From contig NIVC01000775.1 in NCBI GenBank assembly GCA_002269645.1, positions 1-59,293 on the forward strand: a stretch of 59,293 bases of DNA. The letters run 5' to 3'. Source of the stretch: Macrostomum lignano (lineage: Eukaryota). Below the pieces are notes generated by a model. It was not told where the DNA came from, made no database searches, and was given only the letters and a program-made list of their open reading frames with translations. Positions 56,901 to 59,293 of the stretch are shown here, in pieces (positions within the stretch are counted from its first letter, which is position 1; every line of letters begins with the position of its first letter). A program made the translations under genes and the position numbers.

Positions 56901-59293
56901 AGCTAATAGACTACGAGAGTAATGCTAGATGCCAGAATGCTTCACAGCATCAAAGTCTTAAGCAGAAGCTTCAATGAAAGGTTAGTTCATGCTGTGGCTG
57001 CATTCGTTTTCGTGTCTAGAAGCGTTATAACTTTTTGTACTTTTAACTCTCAGATCGGGTCTTAGCAGATTCTATAGCTATGCATGCAAGGGCCCCTCAG
57101 AGAGATGCTTAAACACTGCAGTGCATTTTTCCTAGCAATTATTGGGACACGAAGTGTTGGGCCACTGTGTGTGTGTCTAGTTTTTTCCGCATTTGTTAAG
57201 TCACCTAAAGAACTCAATTAATAAAGGGCTCCAGAACAAATTGATGGGCAAACGGATGACACACTGCACAGAGACTTGTTGGGACATATTAAAAACAGCT
57301 TATTTTAGAATGGGTACACTTTACTAAAGTAGAATGCTCCTACAGAAAGCTGCAAGCAAACTAGCATCTTCTGGAGCTGACATGCAGAGAAGAATGATTT
57401 TGTCGTCCTTGAAATCACTAAATCAGATATGCGAAATCGATCTTTTGCTAATCCCACCACAGGTTCCAGTGAAAAGAAGAAACGAAACCCATTGACTAAA
57501 TTGGCAGTCGACTCAATCGATGCCGACTGCAACTGACCTGTCAGCTTCGAACTCAGGAGAGCAGCTAATAGTCTACGAGAGTAATGCTAGATGCCAGAAT
57601 GCTTCACAGCATCAAAGTCTTAAGCAGAAGCTTCAATGAAAGGTTAGTTCATGCTGTGGCTGCATTCGTTTTCGTGTCTAGAAGCGTTATAACTTTTTGT
57701 ACTTTTAACTCTCAGATCGGGTCTTAGCAGATTCTATAGCTATGCATGCAAGGGCCCCTCAGAGGAGATGCTTAAACACTGCAGTGCATTTTTCCTAGCA
57801 ATTATTGGGACACGAAGTGTTGGGCCACTGTGTGTGTGTCTAGTTTTTTCCGCATTTGTTAAGTCACCTAAAGAACTCAATTAATAAAGGGCTCCAGAAC
57901 AAATTGATGGGCAAACGGATGACACACTGCACAGAGACTTGTTGGGACATATTAAAAACAGCTTATTTTAGAATGGGTACACTTTACTAAAGTAGAATGC
58001 TCCTACAGAAAGCTGCAAGCAAACTAGCATCTTCTGGAGCTGACATGCAGAGAAGAATGATTTTGTCGTCCTTGAAATCACTAAATCGATATGCGAAATC
58101 GATCTTTTGCTAATCCCACCACAGGTTCCAGTGAAAAGAAGAAACGAAACCCATTGACTAAATTGGCAGTCGACTCAATCGATGCCGACTGCAACTGACC
58201 TGTCAGCTTCGAACTCAGGAGAGCAGCTAATAGTCTACGAGAGTAATGCTAGATGCCAGAATGCTTCACAGCATCAAAGTCTTAAGCAGAAGCTTCAATG
58301 AAAGGTTAGTTCATGCTGTGGCTGCATTCGTTTTCGTGTCTAGAAGCGTTATAACTTTTTGTACTTTTAACTCTCAGATCGGGTCTTAGCAGATTCTATA
58401 GCTATGCATGCAAGGGCCCCTCAGAGGAGATGCTTAAACACTGCAGTGCATTTTTCCTAGCAATTATTGGGACACGAAGTGTTGGGCCACTGTGTGTGTG
58501 TCTAGTTTTTTCCGCATTTGTTAAGTCACCTAAAGAACTCAATTAATAAAGGGCTCCAGAACAAATTGATGGGCAAACGGATGACACACTGCACAGAGAC
58601 TTGTTGGGACATATTAAAAACAGCTTATTTTAGAATGGGTACACTTTACTAAAGTAGAATGCTCCTACAGAAAGCTGCAAGCAAACTAGCATCTTCTGGA
58701 GCTGACATGCAGAGAAGAATGATTTTGTCGTCCTTGAAATCACTAAAAGATATGCGAAATCGATCTTTTGCTAATCCCACCACAGGTTCCAGTGAAAAGA
58801 AGAAACGAAACCCATTGACTAAATTGGCAGTCGACTCAATCGATGCCGACTGCAACGACCTGTCAGCTTCGAACTCAGGAGAGCAGCTAATAGTCTACGA
58901 GAGTAATGCTAGATGCCAGAATGCTTCACAGCATCAAAGTCTTAAGCAGAAGCTTCAATGAAAGGTTAGTTCATGCTGTGGCTGCATTCGTTTTCGTGTC
59001 TAGAAGCGTTATAACTTTTTGTACTTTTAACTCTCAGATCGGGTCTTAGCAGATTCTATAGCTATGCATGCAAGGGCCCCTCAGAAGAGATGCTTAAACA
59101 CTGCAGTGCATTTTTCCTAGCAATTATTGGGACACGAAGTGTTGGGCCACTGTGTGTGTGTCTAGTTTTTTCCGCATTTGTTAAGTCACCTAAAGAACTC
59201 AATTAATAAAGGGCTCCAGAACAAATTGATGGGCAAACGGATGACACACTGCACAGAGACTTGTTGGGACAGATTAAAAACAGCTTATTTTAG
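50950..59293. repeat. Large tandem array, ~661-bp unit, ~12.5 copies, runs off the window end
   Basis: Anchor GGGCCCCTC at 51016, 51790, 52461, 53122, 53784, 54446, 55107, 55768, 56428, 57090, 57752, 58414 and 59074. Spacing is 660-662 bp after the first two units. Units are near-identical. Confidence 0.98.

Noticed and set aside
58659-58961. 100-aa ORF in one array unit
   Set aside because: It is open only because of two unit-specific indels; the other units are interrupted at the same places.
50950-59293. CRISPR-like or rDNA/5S/SL-RNA tandem array
   Set aside because: Units are wholly repeated with no unique spacers, no cas genes are present, and I found no recognisable rRNA, 5S, snRNA or spliced-leader sequence in the unit.

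Overview
Eukaryotic (animal) genomic window with GC-rich exons, many short GT-AG introns and repeat-dense intervening DNA. The composition resembles a free-living flatworm such as Macrostomum, but the species is an inference. Five genes can be reconstructed with phase-consistent splicing: (1) a compact myosin light chain kinase-like gene (+, 2369-9650) with an unusual repetitive C-terminal tail; (2) a Yurt/EPB41L5-type FERM + FERM-adjacent gene (-, 12213-26292); (3) a single-exon, secreted, very basic ependymin-related protein (+, 29914-30582); (4) a quick-to-court-like coiled-coil + GRIP gene (-, 32724-36736); (5) a protocadherin (-, 39629-48718, 5' exons outside the window, one frameshift). 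There is also a disabled SLC16/MCT fragment. Repeats include six copies of a tRNA-headed SINE with a CORE-like domain, a second SINE-like family, hAT/Charlie-like MITEs with homopurine tracts, other inverted-repeat elements, a LINE 3' fragment and five minisatellites. The last 8.3 kb is a homogeneous ~661-bp tandem array that grows out of a putative DNA-transposon end inside a protocadherin intron and carries splice-like signals. A ~2-kb intron is almost devoid of CpG. No CRISPR array, rRNA or authentic tRNA gene was seen. All coordinates and counts were done by eye.
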